This document shows positions 8,464-17,117 of a stretch of 40,826 bases of DNA, one piece after another. This DNA is from a virus (lineage: Duplodnaviria > Caudoviricetes): the IMG/VR virus record IMGVR_UViG_3300033494_000004, positions 1 to 40,826 of that record, one strand, 5' to 3'. The number at the start of each line of letters is the position of its first letter. Within the stretch, counting starts at the first letter, position 1. The translations under genes were made by a program, and so were the position numbers. The notes under the pieces are model-generated. The model searched no databases. It saw only the letters and a list, made by a program, of their open reading frames with translations, and was not told where the DNA came from.

Positions 8464-8865
8464 ATACAAGAAGAATTAGTTAGTCACAAAGTAGCAAAAT
8501 TAGCTAAAGAAAAAGGATTTGACATTCCTACACTATATGAGTATGATCAAAATGGTGAACTATGGGTTGATGAAATGTATGCAATTAATTACAATGATTC
8601 GCCATATTCAAAAGAAGTTGTATCTGCACCAACACAAGCTTTGCTGCAACGTTGGTTAAGAGAAGTTCATAATATAGTCATTGTAATATTACCATATATA
8701 GGTTACCTTTCAAAACGTAAAAGTTGGGCAATGGAATACATGTTACTTACTAATCTTTATGATAATTATCTATTTGAAATTGATACTGCTGAATATCACT
8801 CATATGAAGAGGCATTAGAAGAAGGATTAGAAGGAGCATTAGATTTAATAAAAGATGAAAGTTAA
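8464..8865 (+). CDS. hypothetical protein, probably starting at ATA 8464 rather than ATG 8575
   Basis: Frame is open upstream as (I)QEELVSHKVAKLAKEKGFD; downstream APTQALLQRWLREVHNI and YEEALEEGL match a recalled family whose N-terminus is of this type. Confidence 0.65.
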   Translation: MQEELVSHKVAKLAKEKGFDIPTLYEYDQNGELWVDEMYAINYNDSPYSKEVVSAPTQALLQRWLREVHNIVIVILPYIGYLSKRKSWAMEYMLLTNLYDNYLFEIDTAEYHSYEEALEEGLEGALDLIKDES

Positions 8866-9070
8866 ATCAATTTTAAAAGTATTTCCAAAAGATACTATGA
8901 ACATGCATACATGTCATTTTTTATTATATGATAAAGATCCTGTAGTTAAATTATATGCTCCTTTTGGACCTGCATTGTGTAACAGTAGAAATACTAATTT
9001 TAAGCTAGAGGATTATGGTATTAAAAATATTACTATGAAATTTACTAAAAAAATGTATTATGATAATTAA
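8855..9070 (+). CDS. small protein, tandem paralog 1 (C-x-S-x-N-T ... TKKMYY family)
   Basis: Shares motifs with 9060 and 9293 ORFs. Confidence 0.7.
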   Translation: MKVKSILKVFPKDTMNMHTCHFLLYDKDPVVKLYAPFGPALCNSRNTNFKLEDYGIKNITMKFTKKMYYDN

Positions 9071-9287
9071 GTCATTAAATATTCCTATTAAAAGACCAGA
9101 TAGTAAAGTAATTTGGACTAATAAATCTAACGGATACAACTATTCAACAATACGGTATTGGGACTCATGTGATAATTTTATTAGTATTAAGTTACCCATT
9201 AAATGTACTTCATTAAACACTAATTATATTATTGAAAATAAAGCTTATTTTAACAATTTAATATTAACTAAAAAAATGTACTATTAA
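9060..9287 (+). CDS. small protein, tandem paralog 2
   Basis: IKLPIKCTSLNTNY...LILTKKMYY. Confidence 0.7.
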   Translation: MIIKSLNIPIKRPDSKVIWTNKSNGYNYSTIRYWDSCDNFISIKLPIKCTSLNTNYIIENKAYFNNLILTKKMYY

Positions 9288-9292
9288 TTATT

Positions 9293-9529
9293 ATGAAAGT
9301 TAAATCATTAATAAAAATTATAAGACAACCATTTAGAAGAATAAGATGGACAACTAATAATTTTGATAAAGATAAAAGAGTTAAATTAGTTTATTTACCA
9401 GATACAGATAATCCAATAAAAGAATTTATAATAGATATACCAATTAAATGTAATAGTACTAATACTTATGTACAATATAATTATAATGAACTATTATTAA
9501 CTAAAAGATTATACTATGATAACAACTAA
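9293..9529 (+). CDS. small protein, tandem paralog 3
   Basis: IDIPIKCNSTNTY...LLLTKRLYY. Confidence 0.7.
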   Translation: MKVKSLIKIIRQPFRRIRWTTNNFDKDKRVKLVYLPDTDNPIKEFIIDIPIKCNSTNTYVQYNYNELLLTKRLYYDNN

Positions 9530-9821
9530 GTTGTTTAATAAAATAAGAATGAAAGGTCCTATCTTTAGAGAATTAATATCGAATCACCTTAGAATACTTA
9601 CTAGAATTAATTTTAAAGTATATGCTGACCAAATATTGGATAAATTATATACACCAGGTTTACCAGATACTCATCAAGCTACTGGTTATATATTATTAAA
9701 AGAATTACTTCAAAAAAAAGAGCAAATTATAACTATGAATAAATTACGTTTTTTACATATTATAACAAGAAAATATGTTTTTAAAAATTGGTGTATATTA
9801 AAACATTTTAGAAAATTTTAA
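9516..9821 (+). CDS. hypothetical protein; N-terminus related to micro-ORF array members
   Basis: MITTKLFNKIRMK vs MITTKLHNKIKYK at 15341. Confidence 0.6.
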   Translation: MITTKLFNKIRMKGPIFRELISNHLRILTRINFKVYADQILDKLYTPGLPDTHQATGYILLKELLQKKEQIITMNKLRFLHIITRKYVFKNWCILKHFRKF

Positions 9822-9824
9822 ATT

Positions 9825-10343
9825 ATGAATAAAAATGAAATTGGAATCTACAATATTTTACAATTTCAAACTTATGAAATTGATATTGATTTTAACAATC
9901 CTGAACTTTCACAAAATAAACTTATTGAAATGACAATAGCAGTTGAAGAATGCTGTCCTGTTGGAAAATATTTCAATAAAAATGGAATTGGAGAAGGAAT
10001 TGTTTTTACTTGTACAACAGATCAAGATTTGAGATTCAAGTCAAAAGGAGAACAGCATTCGTCATCAAAAGTTAAAACACTAAACTCTATTGATTTAGAA
10101 TTATTAAATTCAATAAATGAGTTTGTTGAATATTCAGTTTCAAACAATAGATTAGAGCAAGGATTGAGTTATTTAAAAGAAAATAATATTGATATTGAAT
10201 CTAAAAACACTGGTGAATTTATAAGATGGATAATAAATGACGTTTTGAAAGAAGAAAAAGAGTTAATTCAAAATCTAAATGAAAAAAAAGTAAAAGTTGC
10301 AATAGCTGAAAAAGCTAGAAATTATTTTTTAACTCTTATTTAA
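9825..10343 (+). CDS. RNA ligase (Rnl2-like), C-terminal portion only
   Basis: GIGEGIVF (motif IV-like) and FKSKG (motif V-like); no motif I KxD/HG. Confidence 0.6.
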   Translation: MNKNEIGIYNILQFQTYEIDIDFNNPELSQNKLIEMTIAVEECCPVGKYFNKNGIGEGIVFTCTTDQDLRFKSKGEQHSSSKVKTLNSIDLELLNSINEFVEYSVSNNRLEQGLSYLKENNIDIESKNTGEFIRWIINDVLKEEKELIQNLNEKKVKVAIAEKARNYFLTLI

Positions 10344-10347
10344 TAAT

Positions 10348-10782
10348 ATGATTAAATTAATAACACTACTATTACCATTTATATTAAACGCTCAATTAGA
10401 TATTAAACAATTTAAAAAAGCTATTGCGTCAACAGAAAGTAAACACAAAAGTTATAACGCATTTAATCCTACTACAAATGCATGTGGTAAATACCAATTT
10501 TTATGGAGGTATATACCAACGAAGTTTAAACAAGGTCATAGTATTAATACATTTTTAAGAGATAGTATAAATCAAGAAAAATTAATGGACCATCATATTC
10601 AGAATGTATTAATTCCATATGCTAATAAATTTAAAGAAAAATATCCATTAGATTTACATTTATTTTATTATGCAAGTTTAATACATTGGCAAGGTGAATA
10701 TGGTGCAGAATGGATACTAAAAAAAGGTAGAATCAATAATTATCTATATTTAATAAATAAGCAATTTAAACACTATGAGTAA
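10348..10782 (+). CDS. secreted lysozyme-like / lytic transglycosylase protein
   Basis: Signal peptide; IASTES catalytic Glu; YNAFN..ACGKYQF. Confidence 0.7.
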   Translation: MIKLITLLLPFILNAQLDIKQFKKAIASTESKHKSYNAFNPTTNACGKYQFLWRYIPTKFKQGHSINTFLRDSINQEKLMDHHIQNVLIPYANKFKEKYPLDLHLFYYASLIHWQGEYGAEWILKKGRINNYLYLINKQFKHYE

Positions 10783-11560
10783 ATCAATAGTTGATAAAAA
10801 TAAAATTATAAAAGAAGCATTAGGTAGTGATTATAAAATTAAAACTTTAAACTTTAATTCTAATTGGTCAAATTTAATGCAGTCAGCGAATATATTAAAA
10901 ATAAAAAATATATCAACTGATATTAATGTTGTATTTGATTTGGTATATCAAAAAGCTAAATCTATAATAGATAGAAAAACATTTATGACATTAAAAGTAT
11001 CTAAAAAAGAATTAGAAATAGGTTGTAAATATATATTCTCTGATAATAGAAAAGGAGTTTATATGGGTAAGTATATTTATATATATCCAGGTAAAAAACT
11101 TAATATTAAAAAAATAGTTAGATCATTATGCTTTACTCAAGATTTTGATTATTATGTAGCTTTTGAAACTAGAGGTATAAAAACTATTAAAAAAAAGTTA
11201 CATAAAGTAGATAACTTTGATGATTTATATAAATCACTTTTAAAATCTACTTATGTAATTACAACTGATATTATAGAATGTGAGACATTTGATTTTGAAA
11301 TATTTAATGATACAAAATTTGACCGAATAAGTTATTCAGTATTAAAAAAATTAAACGATGATAATAACTATGAAGTAGTTAGAATAGGTAAACACACTTC
11401 CCATAATTGTAATTGTACTAAAGATAACGATACTTGTAATAGTAAAAAAACTTACTATTACAATGATAATATTAGCGAACATTGTTATAATGATTTAGAA
11501 TCTATGAAAAACGAATTACAATCACAATTATATCAAATAAAAAATCATCCATTAATATGA
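10775..11560 (+). CDS. hypothetical protein
   Basis: 261-aa ORF overlapping neighbours. Confidence 0.75.
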   Translation: MSKSIVDKNKIIKEALGSDYKIKTLNFNSNWSNLMQSANILKIKNISTDINVVFDLVYQKAKSIIDRKTFMTLKVSKKELEIGCKYIFSDNRKGVYMGKYIYIYPGKKLNIKKIVRSLCFTQDFDYYVAFETRGIKTIKKKLHKVDNFDDLYKSLLKSTYVITTDIIECETFDFEIFNDTKFDRISYSVLKKLNDDNNYEVVRIGKHTSHNCNCTKDNDTCNSKKTYYYNDNISEHCYNDLESMKNELQSQLYQIKNHPLI

Positions 11561-11883
11561 CTAAAGAACTATTACCTCCTTATTTAAAATATAAGGAAAC
11601 AGCATTAAGACAACACAAAGAAATGGTAGAAGTAATTATAGAAGATATTGGTTCTAATGTAACATCTAATTTAGATCAATTTGTAATGTTACTAAAGAAA
11701 GAAGGGTTAGATTCTATAATTGATTTAAATCTAGAAGACATGGGATTAGATCCTATTGTAAATGGATTAACTAATCATATACCATATAAAGAACTTTATA
11801 CAAAAGAAGAATTAGAAGAATACTTACCTACAGTAGATAAGATATTCTCAGTTATGGATTTATTAAAAGCGAATTTTAAATAA
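11557..11883 (+). CDS. hypothetical protein
   Basis: ATGA overlap. Confidence 0.7.
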   Translation: MTKELLPPYLKYKETALRQHKEMVEVIIEDIGSNVTSNLDQFVMLLKKEGLDSIIDLNLEDMGLDPIVNGLTNHIPYKELYTKEELEEYLPTVDKIFSVMDLLKANFK

Positions 11884-12476
11884 TGTTTCATGATACTAAC
11901 AAAATAAATTTTAAAAAAATAACTGATAATGTATCAGTAGATTTTAATAAACAAATTATTGTAATGGATGATAAGTTGTTTATTAATTATGAAGACACTT
12001 ATTATGAATCAGGAGTATTAGAATCAGAAGTGAATTATGTAGCTAGAGGAAAAGATTATTCTTTATTTATAGCTGTACAAGGTCGAGATTTATATAGATT
12101 TGATTGCAAAAGATATTTGAAAAATAATACTGAAGTATATAAAGTAAATTATGATCATTTCATAGTTAATAATATTTGGTATGAATGTACATCGTCATTT
12201 GATATTAATAATATAGTATTAATTACTAATAAATATATAGTGTATAAAAGTTGGTATAAGTATTATTTATTATATAAAAATATAACAAAAGAATCAAGTA
12301 CTATATATGATGATAACAAAGTAATTATAACTAAAGAATTTATGGTATTAAATGATAAACTATATAAAACTAACAATTCAATAATTAATGTAATAAATAA
12401 CTTAAATTCAAAATTATTAAATTATATATTAAAAAAGTATGTTGTACAAAAAAAGAAGTCTGCTATACCATTCTAA
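11883..12476 (+). CDS. hypothetical beta-rich protein
   Basis: TAATG overlap; C-terminus resembles the next ORF. Confidence 0.7.
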   Translation: MFHDTNKINFKKITDNVSVDFNKQIIVMDDKLFINYEDTYYESGVLESEVNYVARGKDYSLFIAVQGRDLYRFDCKRYLKNNTEVYKVNYDHFIVNNIWYECTSSFDINNIVLITNKYIVYKSWYKYYLLYKNITKESSTIYDDNKVIITKEFMVLNDKLYKTNNSIINVINNLNSKLLNYILKKYVVQKKKSAIPF

Positions 12477-13011
12477 TTTAAGATTAGAAATTGATGACAA
12501 TGAAATTAAATTTAATAATTATAGTAGAAAATATGAATTAAATAAATTAATTATTATTGATAATTTTGGAATATACATAACTAATGAAAGTGTAATTATA
12601 GATGATATACGTAATTTTAAATATAATTATAAATATCCATTTGTAATTGGTTGGGATACTGTAATAATATGCAATGACAATGTATATGCAAATCCTAATA
12701 AAGGTTATCTCTATTTTTATTTAAATTGTATAATGTATCAATCTGAAGATGATAATCATATTATAATAAATTATAAAACTAATCAAAATTTACTACTTAG
12801 AGAAATTAATTATAGCACTTATCAAGATTCATTTGGTAACACATACTTTAAATATCAGTCAAATAATAATTCAATAAACTTAATTAAATTTAAACCTTCT
12901 AATCTTAATTTGTTTAATCAATTAAAAGGAAAATTGCATGATTATTTAATATCTAAATTAACTCGCAAAATATATGAACTTAAAGGAGAAGATAGTGGAC
13001 GTATTATCTAA
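12439..13011 (+). CDS. hypothetical beta-rich protein
   Basis: C-terminal NQLKGKLHDYLISK resembles NNLNSKLLNYILKK of the previous ORF. Confidence 0.7.
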   Translation: MLYKKRSLLYHSNLRLEIDDNEIKFNNYSRKYELNKLIIIDNFGIYITNESVIIDDIRNFKYNYKYPFVIGWDTVIICNDNVYANPNKGYLYFYLNCIMYQSEDDNHIIINYKTNQNLLLREINYSTYQDSFGNTYFKYQSNNNSINLIKFKPSNLNLFNQLKGKLHDYLISKLTRKIYELKGEDSGRII

Positions 13012-13492
13012 AAATACATTTTTACCCACAGAACAAGTAAAAATATTTACTAATGCTAAATCAAATGTTTCATTTGACCATGCCATAAAATCACTTATCG
13101 AAGAAGAGTTGATTTGTTATACCTCAAATAAACAGCTAATGTTAAAAAATAGGCAGTCTTTATATCCATATATGGATACTTACTTTTATGGTACTAAACA
13201 AATCAATATTGAGATTAAAATTTCAGAAATTGATGGTGCATTATTAGTAAATGTAAATAATGAACTTGAAAGATGTAAAACAGAAGATGATGCATATAAA
13301 GCATTAGAGCTTTTAGTAAAGAAAGCATTGAGACCAATAATTGAAACTAAACTAAAAATTGAAAAGTTAAATAAATCTAATTTTGATTATAAATTAGATT
13401 TTGATAACTTAATTATCCAACTAGAAAATGAAATTAACACCTCATCAACTACAAGTTGCGTCGCTACTCCTATCCACGATGTGGAGTTCTGA
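12974..13492 (+). CDS. hypothetical protein, possible N-terminal winged helix
   Basis: ORF; FDHAIKSLIEEELI pattern. Confidence 0.65.
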   Translation: MNLKEKIVDVLSKNTFLPTEQVKIFTNAKSNVSFDHAIKSLIEEELICYTSNKQLMLKNRQSLYPYMDTYFYGTKQINIEIKISEIDGALLVNVNNELERCKTEDDAYKALELLVKKALRPIIETKLKIEKLNKSNFDYKLDFDNLIIQLENEINTSSTTSCVATPIHDVEF

Positions 13493-14666
13493 TGATAATT
13501 TATTTTTATTAGAAGGTGAACCCGGCGTAGGTAAAACAACCGTATCACATACAATAATTAAAGCATCATTACAATTAAATAAAAGATGTTTAATAGCTGC
13601 TCCAACTCATAAAGCATTAAGTGTATTAGAATCTAAACTTTTAAATTTAAAAAATAAAGTCGGATTCTCTACGGTACAATCTTTCTTAGATTATAAGAAA
13701 ACTTATGATTTTAATAAAGGAGTTGCTATTTTTAAATCTCCTCATTTTGATAGAATTAAAACAGAATTAGCTAATAAATTTGATTTAATATTTATTGACG
13801 AATGCTCTATGTTAACTGCTGATATGTATGAAAAGCTAAAGGCATTAACTAGTATTAATAAAGATTTAAAAATAATTCTATGTGGAGATAGAAAACAACT
13901 TAATCCAGTAGATGAATCTATAAATCCCTTATTTCATCAATTAATACCCTTTAAACTAACTGAAATAGTTAGACAAGCTAAAGACAATCCTATACTAGAA
14001 TTAGTAAGAAATCACAATGAAATATTAAGTTTTAAACAGAATAATTTAACTAATGAAAAAAAAGGGTATGCTTTCTTTGTAAAAGAAGATGTATTAGATT
14101 CTTTTATCACTCTTTTGGCTCAAAGAGATGATATGGTTTATTTAGCATATTCTAATAAAGCTTGTGATAATGTAAATTCAGCAGTAAGAACTAAAAAGTA
14201 TGGTGATGCAGCACCTACTTTAGTTGTTGGAGAATCTATTATAATGAAACATTCTAAAGATTTTAAAACTGGTGAGATTAGAGTTATTACTAAAATAACA
14301 CCTAATCTAACTCTTAATTTAAATGATGTAGGAATGTCTATTTCTTACATGAGAGTATTCTTTGATAATGGTCTTAATTGTGCTATTCCCACAAATAAAC
14401 AAGAATTAAATAATTTAATAAGTGAAGTGGCTAAATTAGCAAAAGCTAAAAAAATCCATTGGGTTAGATATTTTGAAATAGCAGAATACTTTCAAGAATA
14501 CACTTATAAGTATGCTATAACGACACACTCATCTCAAGGTAGCACTTACTTTAGTACCATTATAGATCTAAAAGATATGATGATAAATAGTGATAAAGAA
14601 GAACGAACTAGATTATTATATACAGCAGTATCACGTGCATCTGATTTATGCGTTATATTATACTAA
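13428..14666 (+). CDS. Dda/RecD-like SF1B DNA helicase
   Basis: GEPGVGKT, APTHKA, IDECSM, GDRKQL, LTEIVRQ, TTHSSQGST, LLYTAVSRA. Confidence 0.9.
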   Translation: MKLTPHQLQVASLLLSTMWSSDDNLFLLEGEPGVGKTTVSHTIIKASLQLNKRCLIAAPTHKALSVLESKLLNLKNKVGFSTVQSFLDYKKTYDFNKGVAIFKSPHFDRIKTELANKFDLIFIDECSMLTADMYEKLKALTSINKDLKIILCGDRKQLNPVDESINPLFHQLIPFKLTEIVRQAKDNPILELVRNHNEILSFKQNNLTNEKKGYAFFVKEDVLDSFITLLAQRDDMVYLAYSNKACDNVNSAVRTKKYGDAAPTLVVGESIIMKHSKDFKTGEIRVITKITPNLTLNLNDVGMSISYMRVFFDNGLNCAIPTNKQELNNLISEVAKLAKAKKIHWVRYFEIAEYFQEYTYKYAITTHSSQGSTYFSTIIDLKDMMINSDKEERTRLLYTAVSRASDLCVILY

Positions 14667-14673
14667 TTAAATT

Positions 14674-14874
14674 ATGATAAGTAATAAATTAAATAATAAG
14701 ACAAAATTTAAACATAGGTTTATCCTATATGATGGAGTTGGTAGTACAAATAAAATTAACTTTAATCCTGACCCAACTATTTATGAAGTTCATATATGGA
14801 GTGACATAAAGTATGGAGAGATTGATTCTACAATACAATTTATTAAAAATGACTTCTACAAAAAATATAGATAA
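14674..14874 (+). CDS. array micro-ORF 1 (66 aa, GSTNK subfamily)
   Basis: MISNKLNNKTKFK...VGSTNKINF. Confidence 0.7.
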   Translation: MISNKLNNKTKFKHRFILYDGVGSTNKINFNPDPTIYEVHIWSDIKYGEIDSTIQFIKNDFYKKYR

Positions 14875-15007
14875 AAAAGTATTTTTATTTGAACTTCTTA
14901 ATGCTCGTGTAATCGGTTCGACTAATAAAGTTAGATTTAGTAGAAGTATTAATGTATATGCATATTTAATATTTTTTACTAATCGTATGATAAAATTTTC
15001 AAAATGA
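14849..15007 (+). CDS. array micro-ORF 2 (52 aa, GSTNK subfamily)
   Basis: MTSTKNIDKKVFLFEL...IGSTNKVRFS. Confidence 0.7.
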   Translation: MTSTKNIDKKVFLFELLNARVIGSTNKVRFSRSINVYAYLIFFTNRMIKFSK

Positions 15008-15165
15008 AAGTCACAAAACATATAGATAAAAAATTATTTATACAAGAACTTATGACATATACTGACCTTGGGTCAACTAATAAAGTAAGGTTTAGTGTAT
15101 TTATTTATAAATATAAAATTAAAATAACTTACAGGTATTTTGATAAACCTGTAGAATTTTACTAG
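15004..15165 (+). CDS. array micro-ORF 3 (53 aa, GSTNK subfamily)
   Basis: MKVTKHIDKKLFIQEL...LGSTNKVRFS; ATGA overlap. Confidence 0.7.
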   Translation: MKVTKHIDKKLFIQELMTYTDLGSTNKVRFSVFIYKYKIKITYRYFDKPVEFY

Positions 15166-15201
15166 TAGTAGACATCATTATAAATTTAAAGTTATACATA
15201 A

Positions 15202-15354
15202 ATGAAAGCTAAAAAACAAGATCAAAAAAAATATTTTATTAAAAAAAGAAGTATTCGTATTTACAAAACATTTAAATGTACCAAACATTGTATTAGAAAT
15301 AATGAATATATTTTTGAGTTTGATATAAAGTTTAAAAACAATGATCACAACTAA
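15202..15354 (+). CDS. array micro-ORF 4 (50 aa)
   Basis: MKAKKQDQKKYFIK... Confidence 0.6.
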   Translation: MKAKKQDQKKYFIKKRSIRIYKTFKCTKHCIRNNEYIFEFDIKFKNNDHN

Positions 15355-15448
15355 ATTACATAATAAAATAAAATATAAAGCAGAACTATTTAGATGTATT
15401 ATAATATCTATTGATACTATTTGTTATACTGATAAAATTAATTTATAG
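15341..15448 (+). CDS. array micro-ORF 5 (35 aa, possibly frameshift-truncated)
   Basis: MITTKLHNKIKYK...YTDKINL*; 14-nt overlap with the previous ORF. Confidence 0.5.
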   Translation: MITTKLHNKIKYKAELFRCIIISIDTICYTDKINL

Positions 15449-15488
15449 AGTAATTATATGGAAATTCCTAACTGGGGTGACACAATTT

Positions 15489-15641
15489 ATGAAATCAAAA
15501 AAATTAAGTGAAAAAATGGAATTTAAAAATGAATTGTCATTTAGAGATCTTTACTATATGATTGGTAGTACAAATAAAGTTCAGTTTTCTAGACTTGTAA
15601 ATGTATATTGTTTTAGAATGCGTTTTACAACTGAAAATTAA
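15489..15641 (+). CDS. array micro-ORF 6 (50 aa, GSTNK subfamily)
   Basis: MKSKKLSEKMEFK...IGSTNKVQFSRLVNVY. Confidence 0.7.
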   Translation: MKSKKLSEKMEFKNELSFRDLYYMIGSTNKVQFSRLVNVYCFRMRFTTEN

Positions 15642-15642
15642 T

Positions 15643-15801
15643 ATGAGATGTACTAAATTATATGAAAAATTATCTATTAAATATCATTTAATACATAGTT
15701 TAAAACCATCATTTACGTTTGCTATACTTACATTTACTTCCCATTGTGATCACGATGTAATTATTTCAGATGGTAGAATTAGATTAAAAAGAAGTTTATG
15801 A
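15643..15801 (+). CDS. array micro-ORF 7 (52 aa)
   Basis: MRCTKLYEKLSIK... Confidence 0.6.
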   Translation: MRCTKLYEKLSIKYHLIHSLKPSFTFAILTFTSHCDHDVIISDGRIRLKRSL

Positions 15802-15932
15802 GAATATATAAACAAGTAGGTAAACAAATGTTTATTAAAGAATATCCATTTCTTCGTAAGTATTATTATTATTTTGTTTTTAAAAATGGTATATTACAAA
15901 TTTATAGTTTAAAAGATAATGATAACATTTAA
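15798..15932 (+). CDS. array micro-ORF 8 (44 aa)
   Basis: MRIYKQVGKQMFIK...; ATGA overlap. Confidence 0.6.
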   Translation: MRIYKQVGKQMFIKEYPFLRKYYYYFVFKNGILQIYSLKDNDNI

Positions 15933-16050
15933 ACACAATTATAAAGAAAATTTTAAAGTAGATTGGCTTGATAGGCGATCAATTAGAATGTGTGGAATAC
16001 TAACTGCTTTAAATGTAAGACAGTTTTATTATACCAACTTATACGCATGA
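15919..16050 (+). CDS. array micro-ORF 9 (43 aa)
   Basis: MITFKHNYKENFK...; 14-nt overlap. Confidence 0.6.
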   Translation: MITFKHNYKENFKVDWLDRRSIRMCGILTALNVRQFYYTNLYA

Positions 16051-16169
16051 AAACTTATAAACTTAAATTCAAATTATGGATTGCATATTATGCCATTAAT
16101 GATTATTACATGCTTTCAAATGTAAAAGATTCTGTAATTAGTATACAAATTAAATATGAGAACTTATAA
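16047..16169 (+). CDS. array micro-ORF 10 (40 aa)
   Basis: MKTYKLKFKLW...; ATGA overlap. Confidence 0.6.
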   Translation: MKTYKLKFKLWIAYYAINDYYMLSNVKDSVISIQIKYENL

Positions 16170-16299
16170 ACTTTATGATAAAATAGATTATAAAAAACAC
16201 TTATGTCATGATTATTATTTAAAATTAAATAATATAGAAAGTAGTTTAGTTATTCAAGAGTATTACAAATTTCTAATTAATAAAAATGAGAGCATTTAA
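16156..16299 (+). CDS. array micro-ORF 11 (47 aa)
   Basis: MRTYKLYDKIDYK...; 14-nt overlap. Confidence 0.6.
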   Translation: MRTYKLYDKIDYKKHLCHDYYLKLNNIESSLVIQEYYKFLINKNESI

Positions 16300-16423
16300 A
16301 ATAAAATACAAGTTACGTACTAAGAAAATATTATGTAAATTCAAAAAAATAAGTATAATGTATGATGAGTCAGATATTACTGGTGTAAAAATTAGACAAA
16401 AAGCATATTTAATGGAAATATGA
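16286..16423 (+). CDS. array micro-ORF 12 (45 aa)
   Basis: MRAFKIKYKLRTK...; 14-nt overlap. Confidence 0.6.
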   Translation: MRAFKIKYKLRTKKILCKFKKISIMYDESDITGVKIRQKAYLMEI

Positions 16424-16566
16424 AAGTAACAAAATTAACTTCTAAGTTAAAATTTGATAAATTATTATTTATCAAACATACTTGGATCTCAAGTTCTATT
16501 GTTAAAATTCACATTAGGATTATTGATGATACAGAGATAATTAAATTTAAAATTTATAAAAGATGA
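16420..16566 (+). CDS. array micro-ORF 13 (48 aa)
   Basis: MKVTKLTSKLKFDK...; ATGA overlap. Confidence 0.6.
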   Translation: MKVTKLTSKLKFDKLLFIKHTWISSSIVKIHIRIIDDTEIIKFKIYKR

Positions 16567-16703
16567 GAAAATTTAAATCATATTACAAATTAGGTTGGAA
16601 GATTAGAGTAATACTCAAGATGAAAGTTATTTTGACAGGTATTGAACGACCATTTAAATTTGATCAATTACTTCATGACTTAAAATTAATCAATGAAAAA
16701 TGA
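16563..16703 (+). CDS. array micro-ORF 14 (46 aa)
   Basis: MRKFKSYYKLGWK...; ATGA overlap. Confidence 0.6.
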   Translation: MRKFKSYYKLGWKIRVILKMKVILTGIERPFKFDQLLHDLKLINEK

Positions 16704-16846
16704 GAACTTATAAATTAACTCATAAACACGTATTTTATGTAACATGGATAAGTGGTAACAATCAGTATATCATTCGTAAACAGTGGATGAAAGGAAGAAG
16801 TAAGTCAATGCAGGACGATTATATATTTAATATTATTTTTCAATAA
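16700..16846 (+). CDS. array micro-ORF 15 (48 aa)
   Basis: MRTYKLTHKHVFYVTW...; paralog of micro-ORF 16. Confidence 0.65.
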   Translation: MRTYKLTHKHVFYVTWISGNNQYIIRKQWMKGRSKSMQDDYIFNIIFQ

Positions 16847-16849
16847 CAA

Positions 16850-16990
16850 ATGAGAATATTTAAATTAACTTATAAACAAATATTTTATAAAGATTGGTTA
16901 AAGCGTTATAAGGTATTTAAAAATAGCAAAAAATGGATGTCACGTAAGGTTATATCAATTCAAGAGGATTTTATACATGAAAACATTTAA
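16850..16990 (+). CDS. array micro-ORF 16 (46 aa)
   Basis: MRIFKLTYKQIFYKDW...KWM..K..SIQEDFI. Confidence 0.65.
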   Translation: MRIFKLTYKQIFYKDWLKRYKVFKNSKKWMSRKVISIQEDFIHENI

Positions 16991-17117
16991 ATTAAATTAT
17001 AAAATATTTATGAAATACATTTATTGTGGTGATAAGTTCGATTATTATATGATATCTAGTTATGAGTTTATTGGTGAATCTCAACATCGATATGTATTAT
17101 TAATAAAAAAGAAATAA
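16977..17117 (+). CDS. array micro-ORF 17 (46 aa)
   Basis: MKTFKLNYKIFMK...; 14-nt overlap. Confidence 0.6.
   Translation: MKTFKLNYKIFMKYIYCGDKFDYYMISSYEFIGESQHRYVLLIKKK

Noticed and set aside
14813-15801. Track starts at 14813, 15411 and 15601
   Set aside because: Internal ATGs at 14849, 15489 and 15643 match the family head and the tiling pattern better.
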